Positions 29,946-40,639 are shown, numbered from the stretch's first letter. The stretch: 64,000 nt of DNA from an uncultured Clostridia bacterium (GCA_947623595.1 CANQHC010000003.1:4013-68012); one strand, 5' to 3'. Notes: generated by a model from the sequence alone, not told the origin. Numbers and translations: made by a program.

Positions 29946-31882
29946 TGTATATTACCTCTATCTAATTCCTTTATAACAATATCTACTATTTTTTCACATG
30001 TATTTTTCATTATATATTTTTTTTGATTTTCTATCATTTCTTCTTGTAATGTTTTATTTGCTATTAATCTATTTGTATTATTTATTATTTGCTCTATATT
30101 GTCACATTTTATTGACATTTTCCTTTCGTTGAAGAAATTTGCATTATAATTCTCGCACCCTGGTATAGGCATTATATGAATTAATGGTTTTCTCATTGTT
30201 GCAACCTCTGTAGTTGTTAAACCTCCTGGCTTACTAAGGATAATATCGCAACTCGCCATATACTTGCTTAATTCATTAGTATATGGAAGTACTATAATTC
30301 TTTTGTTATTTTTATATTCAGTATTTAGTGATTGAGCCAATTTGTTATTAGTACCACATGAAATAATAAAAGTAACTTCTTTAATATTTTCTAGCAACCT
30401 TTTAGTAATTTCTTCTACATTTCCAAATCCCATACTTCCATTTAAAATTAAAATGTACTTTTTATTAATATCTAAATTTAATTGTTTTTTTGTTTCTTCT
30501 TTATTATATTCTTTTCTAAACTGTTTTTTCACAGGTATTCCTAAAGCTATTAATTTTTGTTTTTTCATACCTTTTTGTATAAAATCTGATTCTAATTCTT
30601 TACTTGGAATAATAAAATAATTAGGATTGGTTTCTTCCCAAAAAGGTATACTTACATAATCTGTAGCCACTTGTAAGAAATGAATATGATGTTCTTTCTT
30701 AATGGCAGTTAGTGCTTGAGCTGCAAATAAATGTGTAGTTATAATAAAATTATATTTATTATCTTTTATGTATTTATAAAGTTTATCCTTATTTAGGCTA
30801 TTTAACAAATATACTGGTGATTTTAATTTAGTTTTTTCATAAATCTTTCCCAAATTATACACCTTTTTAAATATCTTTCCATTTTGATTTGTTGATTTTA
30901 TATATAAATTATTAATTTCATCTTTTAATTTTGGATTGATAATCTCTAAATATTCTTTAAAATCTGTTTTTATATTTCTTGCAATGAGTTCCTCTTGTAT
31001 TGCTCTTGCTGCCGTATTATGACCTCCACCTGTTCCACATGATAAAATTAAGACTTTCTTACAGCCACTATTTACTTCTAATTTTTCTACAAGTTTATAA
31101 TAAAAACACCCTAATTTTCCTATGTAACCATTGTTCCAAGGCTTATTTCTGCCAAAATAATGAATTATTACTGTATTTTTGCGAACCCATTTAATACCTA
31201 TTTTAGATTTTGGATTGTTTAGATTATAATAGTTTAAATTTCTGTCTCCCAAGTTATATTTTAAGTCATCAACTAATTTTATTTTGTCTCCATACATTGT
31301 ACTAATTATATCTTGATCTGGCAAAATTAGTTTTTTTTCGTTTTTCTGTATAAAATCTATTTCTTCTTTTTTTATTTTTCTCTTTCTTAATTCCTTTAAA
31401 TTTATTAAAAGAACACCTGTATTTATATATGGTTCATTTTTATCTATTCCTAATCTTATTTCATTAAATTTATGTAATACCTTTTTTATGTGTGTTGTTG
31501 CAATGAAATAATTTTCTTCAAAATCCATATTATACAATTCTTCTAGCTTATTTATTACTAATGTATCTGCATCTAAATATAAAACTCTATCAACATCATT
31601 CGGTAAATATTTTGGTGCAAAAATTTTAAAATAATTTTCAATTGGATGCATTCTTTTATTGGCTAAGATTATATTTATTTCTTCCTCGTTAATTTTTATA
31701 TCATTTATATAAAATTTTTCTAAATCTAATCCTTTTTTTATTTCTTCAATTTGTTTTCCTGTTAAATCTCTGTTTAAAATATATATATTAAAATTTTCAT
31801 TATTATTAGATATTTGTATAGAATTTAACAGAACATTTAATTGCTTTATATATTGCTTATTAATAGTTACTAAAATATTCAT
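29909..31882 (-). CDS. GT8 / MGDG-synthase (UgtP-like GT28) fusion glycosyltransferase
   Basis: LYLDAD, INTGV, DQD, HYFGRNKPW, then GTGGGHNTAA, KPGGLTTTE, PIPGCE. Confidence 0.85.
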   Translation of the reverse strand: MNILVTINKQYIKQLNVLLNSIQISNNNENFNIYILNRDLTGKQIEEIKKGLDLEKFYINDIKINEEEINIILANKRMHPIENYFKIFAPKYLPNDVDRVLYLDADTLVINKLEELYNMDFEENYFIATTHIKKVLHKFNEIRLGIDKNEPYINTGVLLINLKELRKRKIKKEEIDFIQKNEKKLILPDQDIISTMYGDKIKLVDDLKYNLGDRNLNYYNLNNPKSKIGIKWVRKNTVIIHYFGRNKPWNNGYIGKLGCFYYKLVEKLEVNSGCKKVLILSCGTGGGHNTAARAIQEELIARNIKTDFKEYLEIINPKLKDEINNLYIKSTNQNGKIFKKVYNLGKIYEKTKLKSPVYLLNSLNKDKLYKYIKDNKYNFIITTHLFAAQALTAIKKEHHIHFLQVATDYVSIPFWEETNPNYFIIPSKELESDFIQKGMKKQKLIALGIPVKKQFRKEYNKEETKKQLNLDINKKYILILNGSMGFGNVEEITKRLLENIKEVTFIISCGTNNKLAQSLNTEYKNNKRIIVLPYTNELSKYMASCDIILSKPGGLTTTEVATMRKPLIHIMPIPGCENYNANFFNERKMSIKCDNIEQIINNTNRLIANKTLQEEMIENQKKYIMKNTCEKIVDIVIKELDRGNIQWKNISSKRIQN

Positions 31883-32014
31883 TTTTCCCTCTTATTCATG
31901 AAAAATTTCAATTATTCAAATAATAATTTCACTCATAAACAAAATTATTCTATTAAAGTATAACAAAAGAGCAAGTGTTTGTAAACAATCACTTGCTTAA
32001 TTATAGTTATTACT

Positions 32015-32074
32015 TTATATATAGTAATTTTGCTTGCCATATCCTTTCCATTCTCTTGTAGCATAAATTACCAT
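32015..32074 (-). pseudogene. 19-codon ORF with strong RBS, probably a truncated third operon gene
   Basis: AAGGAG then MVIYATREWKGYGKQNYYI*. Confidence 0.4.
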
Positions 32075-32097
32075 ATAATTTCTCTCCTTTCATATCT

Positions 32098-32433
32098 TTA
32101 TTCGGTAAGTATTTTATTTTGTTGTAAATAATGCTTTCTGTATACCATTTGCCTTCCGCCTTCTGAGCACCCCTGTCTTAATGCTTTAGACATAAGGCTA
32201 CACATATTGGCATCTTTTCTTTCACATAAATCTTTTAATTCATTAATTCTTTCATTTTGTGCTAATATTGTATCTCTCATCCTATTAATTAAATTAGATT
32301 TTTTTCTATTTTCTATTATAAAAAAGACTTCTGTTCCAACAACTATTATTCCTATTCCAACTTTTGCAACTTTTTTTATTTTTCCTTCATTTTTATGTAG
32401 AAAATCTTTTATTTTAAATTTCACTTTTTTCAT
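32098..32433 (-). CDS. Hypothetical single-TM coiled-coil protein
   Basis: AGGAG RBS, hydrophobic segment, operonic with XRE gene. Confidence 0.65.
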   Translation of the reverse strand: MKKVKFKIKDFLHKNEGKIKKVAKVGIGIIVVGTEVFFIIENRKKSNLINRMRDTILAQNERINELKDLCERKDANMCSLMSKALRQGCSEGGRQMVYRKHYLQQNKILTE

Positions 32434-32452
32434 ATTTTATTTCTCCTAAATT

Positions 32453-32917
32453 TTATTTTTTACCTTTATAAAAATATCCACCTAACATTCCGGCTATTCC
32501 TGCTGCTACAGCAATACCAATACCAATTCCTAATGTTTCCAAAATCTCCTTAAATTCCTTAGAAACTTCTTTTCTTGAATTAGATTTTGTTATTATAGCA
32601 GGAGCTAATAAATTAGCTTTTTCTAATATCTTTTTTCTTTCTTCGTCACTATAGTTTTCAGGATTATCTATAATGGTTTCTAATAAACAAACTAACATTT
32701 CTGTGTCTTCTTTAGAGTTAATAATTTCATTATTCAAAATAGCTCTCATTGCTATATATTGAGTTTTATTTAACTTATTTTTTTTAGTTTCAAGATTATT
32801 TATAGTCTGTCTCGTAACACCGATGCGATTTCCAAATTCCTCTTCTGACCATCCCAAGACTTTTCTAATTAGCAGTAGATTGTCTTGAAATCTTTGGATT
32901 TCATCATCTTCATACAT
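32453..32917 (-). CDS. XRE-family HTH regulator with C-terminal TM helix
   Basis: WSEEEFGNRIGVTRQTINNLE; LGIGIGIAVAAGIAGMLGG. Confidence 0.85.
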   Translation of the reverse strand: MYEDDEIQRFQDNLLLIRKVLGWSEEEFGNRIGVTRQTINNLETKKNKLNKTQYIAMRAILNNEIINSKEDTEMLVCLLETIIDNPENYSDEERKKILEKANLLAPAIITKSNSRKEVSKEFKEILETLGIGIGIAVAAGIAGMLGGYFYKGKK

Positions 32918-32937
32918 ATTATCACCTTCTATTTAAA

Positions 32938-32977
32938 ATTTTACTATATTGCATTGCTTTTGTCAAGTACATTGACA
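32938..32977 (-). promoter_or_regulatory. Sigma-A promoter with palindromic operator
   Basis: TTGACA-17-TAAAAT on minus strand; TGTCAA-N5-TTGACA at 32961-32977. Confidence 0.65.
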
Positions 32978-33064
32978 TTGTTGCGATAAAAACAACTTAA
33001 TCCTATCTTATTTGTTCATAGATACTTTTTTATAAATTTATTTTTCTACTAAATTCATTATAAA

Positions 33065-33093
33065 AAGCGAATGATTTTGAAAATCACTCGCTT
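33065..33093 (-). terminator. Terminator after MATE gene
   Basis: aagcgaatgatttt...aaaatcactcgctt with A-tract on plus strand. Confidence 0.6.
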
Positions 33094-33096
33094 CAT

Positions 33097-35064
33097 TTAT
33101 ATTATTTTACTTATATACTCACATATAATATCAGCTGTTTCTTCTTTGCCGATTGATGAATCAATACACAAATCATAATTACTAACATCTCCCCATGTTT
33201 TTCCTGAAATTATCTTATAGTAACTTGCTCTATTTTTGTCTGATTTCTCAACGTTTTTAATTGCATCTTTTTCACTATCATTATACATTTCCATAACATT
33301 TTTTACTCTATAATCTTTTGGAGCATAAATAAAAATTCTCACTAAATTTTTATAATCTTGTAAAACATAATCTGCTGCCCTTCCTACTAATACACAAGTT
33401 CCTTGCTCTGCTATCTTTCTAATAGCCTTATTTTGTGCATCTATAGCATATTGAACAGGAGATGTTGTCAAATATAAATCATGCATTATATTACTACTTT
33501 GATTTATCTTTGAAACAAATTCTTTGTCTAAACCACTTTCTTTAGCAGCTATTGCAGTCATTTCCTTATAATAATATGGTATTTTTAGCTTTTCAGCAAC
33601 TAATTTACCAATATATTTTCCCTGGCTTCCATGTTCTCTTGAAATTGTAATAATAACTCCTTCTTTTGACTTCTGAACAGCAGTATTTATATTTCCATTG
33701 CTTTCTTCTTTTGAAATTCCTTTAAAGAACTTTACTACTAAAATTGTTGAAATTATAATTGCAAAAAGGTCTGCTAAAGGTGCTGCATAAAGTGGGCCTT
33801 CAACTCCAAAATATTTTGGAAGTATAATTACAAGTGGAACAAATAGAATAATATCTCTTGCAAGTGATACAATTGTAGCTTTAATTGGCTCGCCTACTGC
33901 TTGGAAGAAAATTGAAATTACTTTTATGCTACATGTAAATGTTACAAACATTAAAAATATTCTGAATGTTTTTACAGCAAATTCCATATATAAACTATCT
34001 TCTGTTCCAAATAATTTTATTATTATTTCTGGGCATACTTCAAAAATAATTGTTGATATAATTCCTACTATAAATGTTGAAATCATAACTACTTTAAATG
34101 TTTTTCTTACTCTATCATATTTCTTTGCACCAAAATTATATCCTAGTATTGGTTGAGCTCCTAAAATAATTCCTACTACAATATTGATAACAATTGTAAA
34201 CACTTTCATACAAATTCCAATTACTGCAATTGGAATATCACTTCCATATTTAGACATGCTTCCATACTTAGCAAGCATAATATTGCAAACAAGTGAAATT
34301 ATGACAATTGACATTTGAGTTATAAAAGTCGACACTCCAAGTTTTACTATATTTCCAAAGATTGAAAAATTCATTTTACAACTCTCTAATGATAACTTAA
34401 ATGTTTTGCTTTTAAAGAAATATGCAAATGATACAATAAATGACACAATTTGTCCTATAATTGTTGCCCACGCTGCTCCTTTTATTCCCATATTTAATAC
34501 AAAAATAAAAATTGGATCTAAAATTATATTTAAAATAGCTCCTATCAAAGTTGAAAACATAGAATATGTAGGTGAACCATCAGCACGAATAATACTGTTT
34601 ACAGTATTAGCAAGCATATAAATAGGTATAGCTGATAGTATAATTGTAAAATAGTCCTTAGCTAATCCTATTGAAGCATCTGAAGCACCAAAAAGATATA
34701 ATAGTTTATCCATAAAAATAAAACCTAATATTATAAATATTATACTTATTACAAATGAAACTAATATACTATTTCCAATCGCTTTATCAGCATCTTTTGT
34801 ATTTTTTCTACCTTGACAAAGAGATAAAAAAGCAGCACTTCCATCTCCTAAACACCATGCAAATGCAACAGAAATAATTGTAATAGGAAACACAATTGTT
34901 GTAGCTGCATTTCCTAAATAACCTATTTCACTATTTCCAATAAATATTTGGTCAACAATATTATATAGTGAACTGATTAAAAGCGATAAAATACATGGAA
35001 TAGAAAATTTTAATAACAATTTTGAAATTTTTTCATTTCCTAAAAACTTATTTTCTTCATTCAT
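33097..35064 (-). CDS. MATE efflux transporter (MepA-like) fused to a cytidylate-kinase-like domain
   Basis: LYNIVDQIFIG, NIILDPIFI, GAQPILGYNFGA; C-terminal ITISREHGSQG, VGRAADYVL, YDLCIDSS. Confidence 0.92.
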   Translation of the reverse strand: MNEENKFLGNEKISKLLLKFSIPCILSLLISSLYNIVDQIFIGNSEIGYLGNAATTIVFPITIISVAFAWCLGDGSAAFLSLCQGRKNTKDADKAIGNSILVSFVISIIFIILGFIFMDKLLYLFGASDASIGLAKDYFTIILSAIPIYMLANTVNSIIRADGSPTYSMFSTLIGAILNIILDPIFIFVLNMGIKGAAWATIIGQIVSFIVSFAYFFKSKTFKLSLESCKMNFSIFGNIVKLGVSTFITQMSIVIISLVCNIMLAKYGSMSKYGSDIPIAVIGICMKVFTIVINIVVGIILGAQPILGYNFGAKKYDRVRKTFKVVMISTFIVGIISTIIFEVCPEIIIKLFGTEDSLYMEFAVKTFRIFLMFVTFTCSIKVISIFFQAVGEPIKATIVSLARDIILFVPLVIILPKYFGVEGPLYAAPLADLFAIIISTILVVKFFKGISKEESNGNINTAVQKSKEGVIITISREHGSQGKYIGKLVAEKLKIPYYYKEMTAIAAKESGLDKEFVSKINQSSNIMHDLYLTTSPVQYAIDAQNKAIRKIAEQGTCVLVGRAADYVLQDYKNLVRIFIYAPKDYRVKNVMEMYNDSEKDAIKNVEKSDKNRASYYKIISGKTWGDVSNYDLCIDSSIGKEETADIICEYISKII

Positions 35065-35103
35065 ATTTTTTTAATTCCTCCTTTTATTTCTCATTTTTAC
35101 CGC

Positions 35104-35141
35104 AAAAAATACTGCGTATAAGAGTCAATCTTATACGCAGT
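35104..35141 (-). terminator. Terminator in the 5' leader of the MATE gene (possible attenuator)
   Basis: Perfect 13 bp stem ACTGCGTATAAGA/TCTTATACGCAGT plus U-tract, just downstream of an extended -10 TGGTAAAAT. Confidence 0.65.
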
Positions 35142-35243
35142 TACGCTGTGTCGACTTATATATTTTACCATTTTTATTTTTTTTTGCAAAGCTTTTTTTA
35201 AAATTTTTTTATTTTTCTATAAATAAAATTTGAAATATTAGCT

Positions 35244-35792
35244 TTAATAAGCAAAATAATTTATAAAAATTTTATTTATTTCATTTTTATCTACAGATTT
35301 CTTACATCCTTTATAATTTACTATAGTATCTCCATTTTCATTGTGATTTAATTTATTTATTTTTTCTAGTATTTCATTTAGTTCATTTGGCATTAACTGA
35401 GTTTTATCTTTTATGTCATATGTTGGTGTTTCCCATATTTTACCTTTCAAACTAATGTCTGAAACTAGTTTTGGAAAAATATAATAATACTTTATAACAT
35501 TTTTATATGTAAATAATATATTTTTTTCCTTTGTTATTCGTATATGTTCATTATTACCTTTATTAAATATATCTACTATAAATAATTCATCTACTAATTT
35601 TTGTTTATTTTCTGCTATCTTATATGGAATATATAAAATTACTCCCATTATTAATAAAGTAATAATTGCAACTATTATGATTGTTAATCTTATATGATAA
35701 TAGTAAAAAAAATATATTATAAAACCAATACCTATAACTAAAGAAATTATAGCAAATATGATTATAATATTATTATTTTTCTTATTTTCCAT
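35244..35792 (-). CDS. Hypothetical membrane protein (2 N-terminal TM)
   Basis: GAGGT RBS, hydrophobic N-terminus. Confidence 0.65.
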   Translation of the reverse strand: MENKKNNNIIIIFAIISLVIGIGFIIYFFYYYHIRLTIIIVAIITLLIMGVILYIPYKIAENKQKLVDELFIVDIFNKGNNEHIRITKEKNILFTYKNVIKYYYIFPKLVSDISLKGKIWETPTYDIKDKTQLMPNELNEILEKINKLNHNENGDTIVNYKGCKKSVDKNEINKIFINYFAY

Positions 35793-36021
35793 AACAACTT
35801 ACCTCATATTTAGTAACCTTATTTTTAACTATTAGTTTTCACTATAACTAATAATTATTTTTTTATTCTTTAAAAAAGTCACTCTATATCTTTTATTTTC
35901 ATTTTTCATACTTTTCCAATCTTACATATCAAATTTTATACTATATTTATTTTTTTCGCAATAGCTATCAAAAGCATTTCATCAATATTAAATCGAAGTT
36001 GTCCAAAATACTTAAATAACA

Positions 36022-36058
36022 AAAAAAACAATGGAGTCAGCCGAAACCGCCCCATTGT
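36022..36058 (-). terminator. Terminator of the GC-rich cassette
   Basis: ACAATGGG...TCCATTGT followed by T-tract. Confidence 0.7.
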
Positions 36059-36098
36059 CCCAAGAAATGCAATGCCTGTCTTGAAAAAAGTAACTAAC

Positions 36099-36842
36099 TT
36101 ACTTACACCTGGTGATGGACTCCCAACGCGCACTCAGAACAGGGTCCTGAATCTGCTCGCCATTTGAGAATGGAACAAACAAACCAGACTCCGTGTACCC
36201 AGCAGCACGCAACTCGTTTAAGATTTTGTAGCCTTTGGTCACATAAGTCTTTCCATTGCGATAGACGAAGACCACTTTGCCATTGTTCGTGCAGAAATGA
36301 CCAAGTTTGCCAATAGCGATACAGTCGAGGCAGTTGTAATTGATGATGGGATAATAGCAATCCTCAAAGTAGATGTGCTTCACCCTTACTCCAGTAGACG
36401 GAATTTCAAAACAATTCTGAAGCGTCTCCTCACTTATAGTACCGATGTTATTTGCAGTACAGTAGGAAACACAATCCTCGACGAAGTCATCTTCATAGGA
36501 CTGACGCGCCTTCTCAAGAAGAATTTTCCACTTATCTCTTTCAAACTTTGGATAGTCCTCATTGCTAAAAGGTACGTAGAAATACTTCTTGCTAAAACCA
36601 GCGGAATACAATGAACGAACTGTGACACGGGTGTAAGGAGTAACGAAGACCCCACCATTCTCATCTACATAGCAAACCGTTGAGTTATTAATTGCAAAGC
36701 AACCATTGAACTTCGGTACCAGTTCCGAGATGTCGAGAGCTTCCTCCTGGTGGAACCGAGGGAAAACAACAATCATTCCGTTGTAAACCTGAACAGCTCC
36801 TTCCTTCAGAGAATCCATTGTGATGATGTCGTTGTTAGCCAT
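36099..36842 (-). CDS. Hypothetical protein with internal domain duplication, atypically GC-rich
   Basis: AAGGAGGT RBS; two repeats G.(V/T)(F/Y)VT...AG(F/Y)...(Y/F)VPFSN. Confidence 0.75.
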   Translation of the reverse strand: MANNDIITMDSLKEGAVQVYNGMIVVFPRFHQEEALDISELVPKFNGCFAINNSTVCYVDENGGVFVTPYTRVTVRSLYSAGFSKKYFYVPFSNEDYPKFERDKWKILLEKARQSYEDDFVEDCVSYCTANNIGTISEETLQNCFEIPSTGVRVKHIYFEDCYYPIINYNCLDCIAIGKLGHFCTNNGKVVFVYRNGKTYVTKGYKILNELRAAGYTESGLFVPFSNGEQIQDPVLSARWESITRCK

Positions 36843-36931
36843 TTTTTTTACCTCCTTAAAATCATTTGTTGTCGATCAATCATGATGCAGATGCGAACAT
36901 GGAAGATCGTAAAAAAATGGTTCCGTTCCAT

Positions 36932-36969
36932 ATTATATTGTGTTTACATAAAAATGTCAAGGTGTAAAC
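36932..36969 (-). promoter_or_regulatory. Perfect sigma-A promoter with inverted-repeat operator
   Basis: TTGACA-17-TATAAT; GTTTACA (36942) ... TGTAAAC (36963) flank the -35. Confidence 0.8.
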
Positions 36970-37051
36970 TTCAATATTCTACTAATTCTAATATATTTCG
37001 GATTTTAAAAAAATCATTATAAATAATACTTTTTGATAATATTGGTGCAAT

Positions 37052-37080
37052 AAAAAATACCATCCTTTTTAGAATGGTAC
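37052..37080 (-). terminator. Terminator after tRNA-Leu
   Basis: GTACCATTCT...GGATGGTA TTTTT. Confidence 0.55.
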
Positions 37081-37119
37081 TGTATCTATCTATTTTATTA
37101 GTTCGAACAGATACGTCGT

Positions 37120-37203
37120 TGGTGCGGATGAGAGGACTCGAACCTCCACGCTTTTGGCACTGGTTCCTAAGACCAGCGCGTCTGCCAGTTCCGCCACATC
37201 CGC
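37120..37203 (-). tRNA. tRNA-Leu (anticodon TAG), CCA encoded
   Basis: GCGGATG acceptor stem, TGGC GGAA CTGG D-arm, CTGGT-CT TAG GA-ACCAG, long variable arm, GTTCGA. Confidence 0.97.
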
Positions 37204-37296
37204 ATATTTATTTCTGTTAACATTGATTATTGTAGCACATTTTTGCCTTCAATGTCAACAGAAATTAAATATTTTTTGTTTTTCTTTTATCTTACA

Positions 37297-39135
37297 TTAT
37301 TTTGCTTTTATACTTTTTATTGAACTATATGCACCATATACTTTCTTGCCATTGACAGTTTTATATGTTCTTATTTTAAAATAGTAAGTTTTATTTTTCT
37401 TTAATTTTTTTACAGTATATTTTACTGTTTTGTTAGATGTTACTGTTGTTTTTTTAGAATATTTTCCATTTTTACTTGTTGCCATATATACTTCATATCC
37501 TGTAGCATTTGATACTTTTTTCCAATTTACCGTTACAGTTTTGCTTTTAGTTTTTAATGATGATATTTTAGCTGTTGATGGCTTTGTTGCTGTACTTAAT
37601 TCTGCTGTATATTGTCCATAATATTTTTTACCACTTATAGTTTTGTATGCTCTAATTTTATATTTATAATTTGTTCCAGCTTTTAATTTATTTATTGTAT
37701 ATGAAGTTTTTGTTGTAGTACCTACACTTTTCCACTTTTTCTTTGCAGAATCATATGTGCATACTTCATATCCTGAACTTCCTGTAGCTTTTGACCAACT
37801 AAGGGTTATTTGGCTAGTTGTTTGACTTTTAACTTTAAAGCTTCCTACCTTTTTAGGTACAATATAGAAATATTTTTTTACTGAACCGGTATATTTTCCC
37901 TTTCCTGTAACTGTAATTGTTGCTTTTCCTGTATTTTTATTGTTTGCATATGCTAAAGTGTAGTCTCTTCCTTTTTTTAATTTATACTTTCCATCTTTTA
38001 TAGTTACATCTATACTAATATTTTTTCCTGTATATGCTTTATTAGAAATGTTATCAATTTTTAAACTACTAATTTTTTTGGTGTTAGAAACTATATTAAA
38101 ATATTTAGCTACTGAACCGTAATAAACACCCTGTCCTTTTATCTCAATCGTTGCTTTTCCTACTTTAGTATTGTTTTTATAAGTTACAGTATAATCTGTT
38201 CCATTTTTTAATGTTTTATTTCCATCTTTTATTGTTACACTTGGCTTTATTGCTTTTCCTGTATAGTTTTGTTGTGTACCAAATGATATATTAGTATCAG
38301 CAATATAGCCTCTTATTGTAATTTCTTCTGTTACAGATAATTCTGGGTTTTGTTTTAATTTTGCAGTTAAAGTAGCCTTTCCTGTTGAAACACATTTAAG
38401 TAATCCGTCAGAGTTTACTGTAAAGATGGATGGATTTGAACTAGTAAAAGTTAAATCACTAGGTTGCAAATTCATACATGCTATAGGCCATCCATTGTTA
38501 ATTATAACTATATCAACGTTATATCCATTTGAATAAGTTTTTTTAGAAATATCTGTCATAGAATTATAATATAATTGCACATTTGAAGTTAGCATTTCAA
38601 TTTTATTTGTAACTTCTTTACTTTGTGGAATTGTTGTAATTTCATTCAAATTACCTGAACCAAATATTTGAGTCCAGTAACAAATATTTCCATATTTAAA
38701 CATTCCAATTCCTATTGTAGAAAAACCATCTCGTAATATATTTTCTCTATGCCCTGTTGAATTCATCCATATTTTCATTATTCCCTCTGGTGTAGAACTT
38801 CCTGCTGCGATATTTTCTCCAATCATTCCTATTGACTTATCTACAGCTGAAAAACAGCTTGTTCCATCAGGTCTAGTATGAGAGAAATCTAATGCTATTT
38901 CGCTAGAACGAAGCATAGCAGCTTCCATTAAATCTTTATCCATTTTTAATGGTGCTTTTCCTACGGCTGCTCTTTCTTCATTTACTATTTCCAATACTCC
39001 AAAAGCTGCTTCATAATCATATTTGCCCGGTACTGTAACAGTAATAGTTTCATTTGTTGCTTTAGATATTGTTGTTAATGCTATAGTAAAAATTAAGATT
39101 CCTAATGTGCTTAGTAGAAATTTTTTAAATTTCAT
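37297..39135 (-). CDS. Secreted CAP-domain protein with Ig-like and two fibronectin type III domains
   Basis: Signal peptide, VNEER, FSHTRPDG, GENIA, WMNSTGHRENIL; YTGKAIKP repeats; Fn3 W..Y..Y patterns. Confidence 0.88.
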   Translation of the reverse strand: MKFKKFLLSTLGILIFTIALTTISKATNETITVTVPGKYDYEAAFGVLEIVNEERAAVGKAPLKMDKDLMEAAMLRSSEIALDFSHTRPDGTSCFSAVDKSIGMIGENIAAGSSTPEGIMKIWMNSTGHRENILRDGFSTIGIGMFKYGNICYWTQIFGSGNLNEITTIPQSKEVTNKIEMLTSNVQLYYNSMTDISKKTYSNGYNVDIVIINNGWPIACMNLQPSDLTFTSSNPSIFTVNSDGLLKCVSTGKATLTAKLKQNPELSVTEEITIRGYIADTNISFGTQQNYTGKAIKPSVTIKDGNKTLKNGTDYTVTYKNNTKVGKATIEIKGQGVYYGSVAKYFNIVSNTKKISSLKIDNISNKAYTGKNISIDVTIKDGKYKLKKGRDYTLAYANNKNTGKATITVTGKGKYTGSVKKYFYIVPKKVGSFKVKSQTTSQITLSWSKATGSSGYEVCTYDSAKKKWKSVGTTTKTSYTINKLKAGTNYKYKIRAYKTISGKKYYGQYTAELSTATKPSTAKISSLKTKSKTVTVNWKKVSNATGYEVYMATSKNGKYSKKTTVTSNKTVKYTVKKLKKNKTYYFKIRTYKTVNGKKVYGAYSSIKSIKAK

Positions 39136-39174
39136 ATTTTCTTCCCCCCTTTAAGAAAATTTTATAATATTATT

Positions 39175-40485
39175 TTAATAACCTGGCTTTCCTAATAATT
39201 TAAACATATTAGTTTTATATTTTTCAACTCCAGGTTGATCAAACGGATTTACCCCTAATAGTTTTCCTGAAACAGCACATGCTAGTTCAAAGAAATATAT
39301 CAAATGCCCTATATTATATTCATTTAGTTTGTCCATCGTAATTACAAGGTTTGGAACTTCTCCTTCCATATGTGCATCAATTGTTCCTTCCATAGCTTTT
39401 TTATTTACTTCATCTAGCCCTTTATTTACTAAATAATTTAATTCATCTAAATTATCTTCATCTGCTTTTATTTTCATATCTGAAGCAGGTTCTTTAATAT
39501 TAATTACTGTTTCAAATAAGTTTCTTCTTCCTTCTTGAATATACTGTCCTAAGGAATGCAAATCTGTAGTAAACTCCGCACCTGTTGGATAGATTCCCTT
39601 TCCACCTTTTCCTTCGCTTTCTCCAAATAATTGCTTCCACCATTCAATCATATAATGTAACTTTGGTTCATAACTTACTAGGATTTCAATATTCTTTGCT
39701 TCTTTATATAACATATTTCTAATAACTGCATATTTATAGCAGTCATTATATTTTAAATTTCTATCTAAATATTTTTCTTGTGCAAATTTAGCACCTTCTA
39801 ATAATTTGTCTATATTTATTCCCGCTGTTGCAATTGGTAATAAACCTACCGCTGTTAGAACAGAATATCTTCCACCAATATTATCAGGAATAACAAAAGT
39901 TGTATATTTTTCTTGTTTTGCAATTTGTTTTAGAGCTCCTTTTTTGGCATCTGTCGTAACATAAATTCTTTTTTGAGCTTCCTTCAATCCATACTTATTT
40001 TCTAACAATTCTCTAAAAACTCTAAAAGCAATAGCAGGTTCTGTAGTTGTTCCTGACTTTGAAATAACATTAATAGAAATGTCTTTATTTCCAATTAAAT
40101 CTATAATATCATTCATATAGTTTGGACTTAAATTATTTCCTACATATAAGATTTGAGGAGTTTTTCTTTGTTCATGTGACAAATAATTATAAAAGGTATG
40201 TGTTAAGGCTTCAATTACGGCTCTTGCTCCTAAATAAGAGCCTCCAATTCCAATTACTAATAAAATTTCCGAATCACTTTGTATTTTTTTTGCTGATTTC
40301 TTTATTTTGTCTAATTCTTTTTTGTCAATTTCTTTTGGTAAATCTAGCCAACCCAAAAATTCTTTAGGATTTTTGCTTTTTTCATGAAGTTCTTTATGTA
40401 TTTGAGTTACACGTTCTGCGTATTTCATCATATCTTTTTCTTTTATGTTTGTGTATTTTAAATTCAACTTAACATTTTGTATCAC
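39175..40485 (-). CDS. pgi: Glucose-6-phosphate isomerase
   Basis: [42 protein letters not shown]. Confidence 0.98.
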   Translation of the reverse strand: MIQNVKLNLKYTNIKEKDMMKYAERVTQIHKELHEKSKNPKEFLGWLDLPKEIDKKELDKIKKSAKKIQSDSEILLVIGIGGSYLGARAVIEALTHTFYNYLSHEQRKTPQILYVGNNLSPNYMNDIIDLIGNKDISINVISKSGTTTEPAIAFRVFRELLENKYGLKEAQKRIYVTTDAKKGALKQIAKQEKYTTFVIPDNIGGRYSVLTAVGLLPIATAGINIDKLLEGAKFAQEKYLDRNLKYNDCYKYAVIRNMLYKEAKNIEILVSYEPKLHYMIEWWKQLFGESEGKGGKGIYPTGAEFTTDLHSLGQYIQEGRRNLFETVINIKEPASDMKIKADEDNLDELNYLVNKGLDEVNKKAMEGTIDAHMEGEVPNLVITMDKLNEYNIGHLIYFFELACAVSGKLLGVNPFDQPGVEKYKTNMFKLLGKPGY

Positions 40486-40639
40486 TACCGCTTCCTCCTT
40501 TCTCTTTAGTTATTTTTCCAATAATTATATTAACCTTTATAATTGCATTAATTTTATACCATTTTTTTATTTTATTCAATATTTGAATATCACTTTTCTT
40601 ATAAAACATCACTTTTTCGTTTAAATCATTGTAATATAA

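Noticed and set aside
31900-37120. tRNA-Leu-anchored genomic island with a defined att repeat
   Set aside because: Accessory-looking genes follow the tRNA, but I found no duplicated tRNA 3' end or integrase
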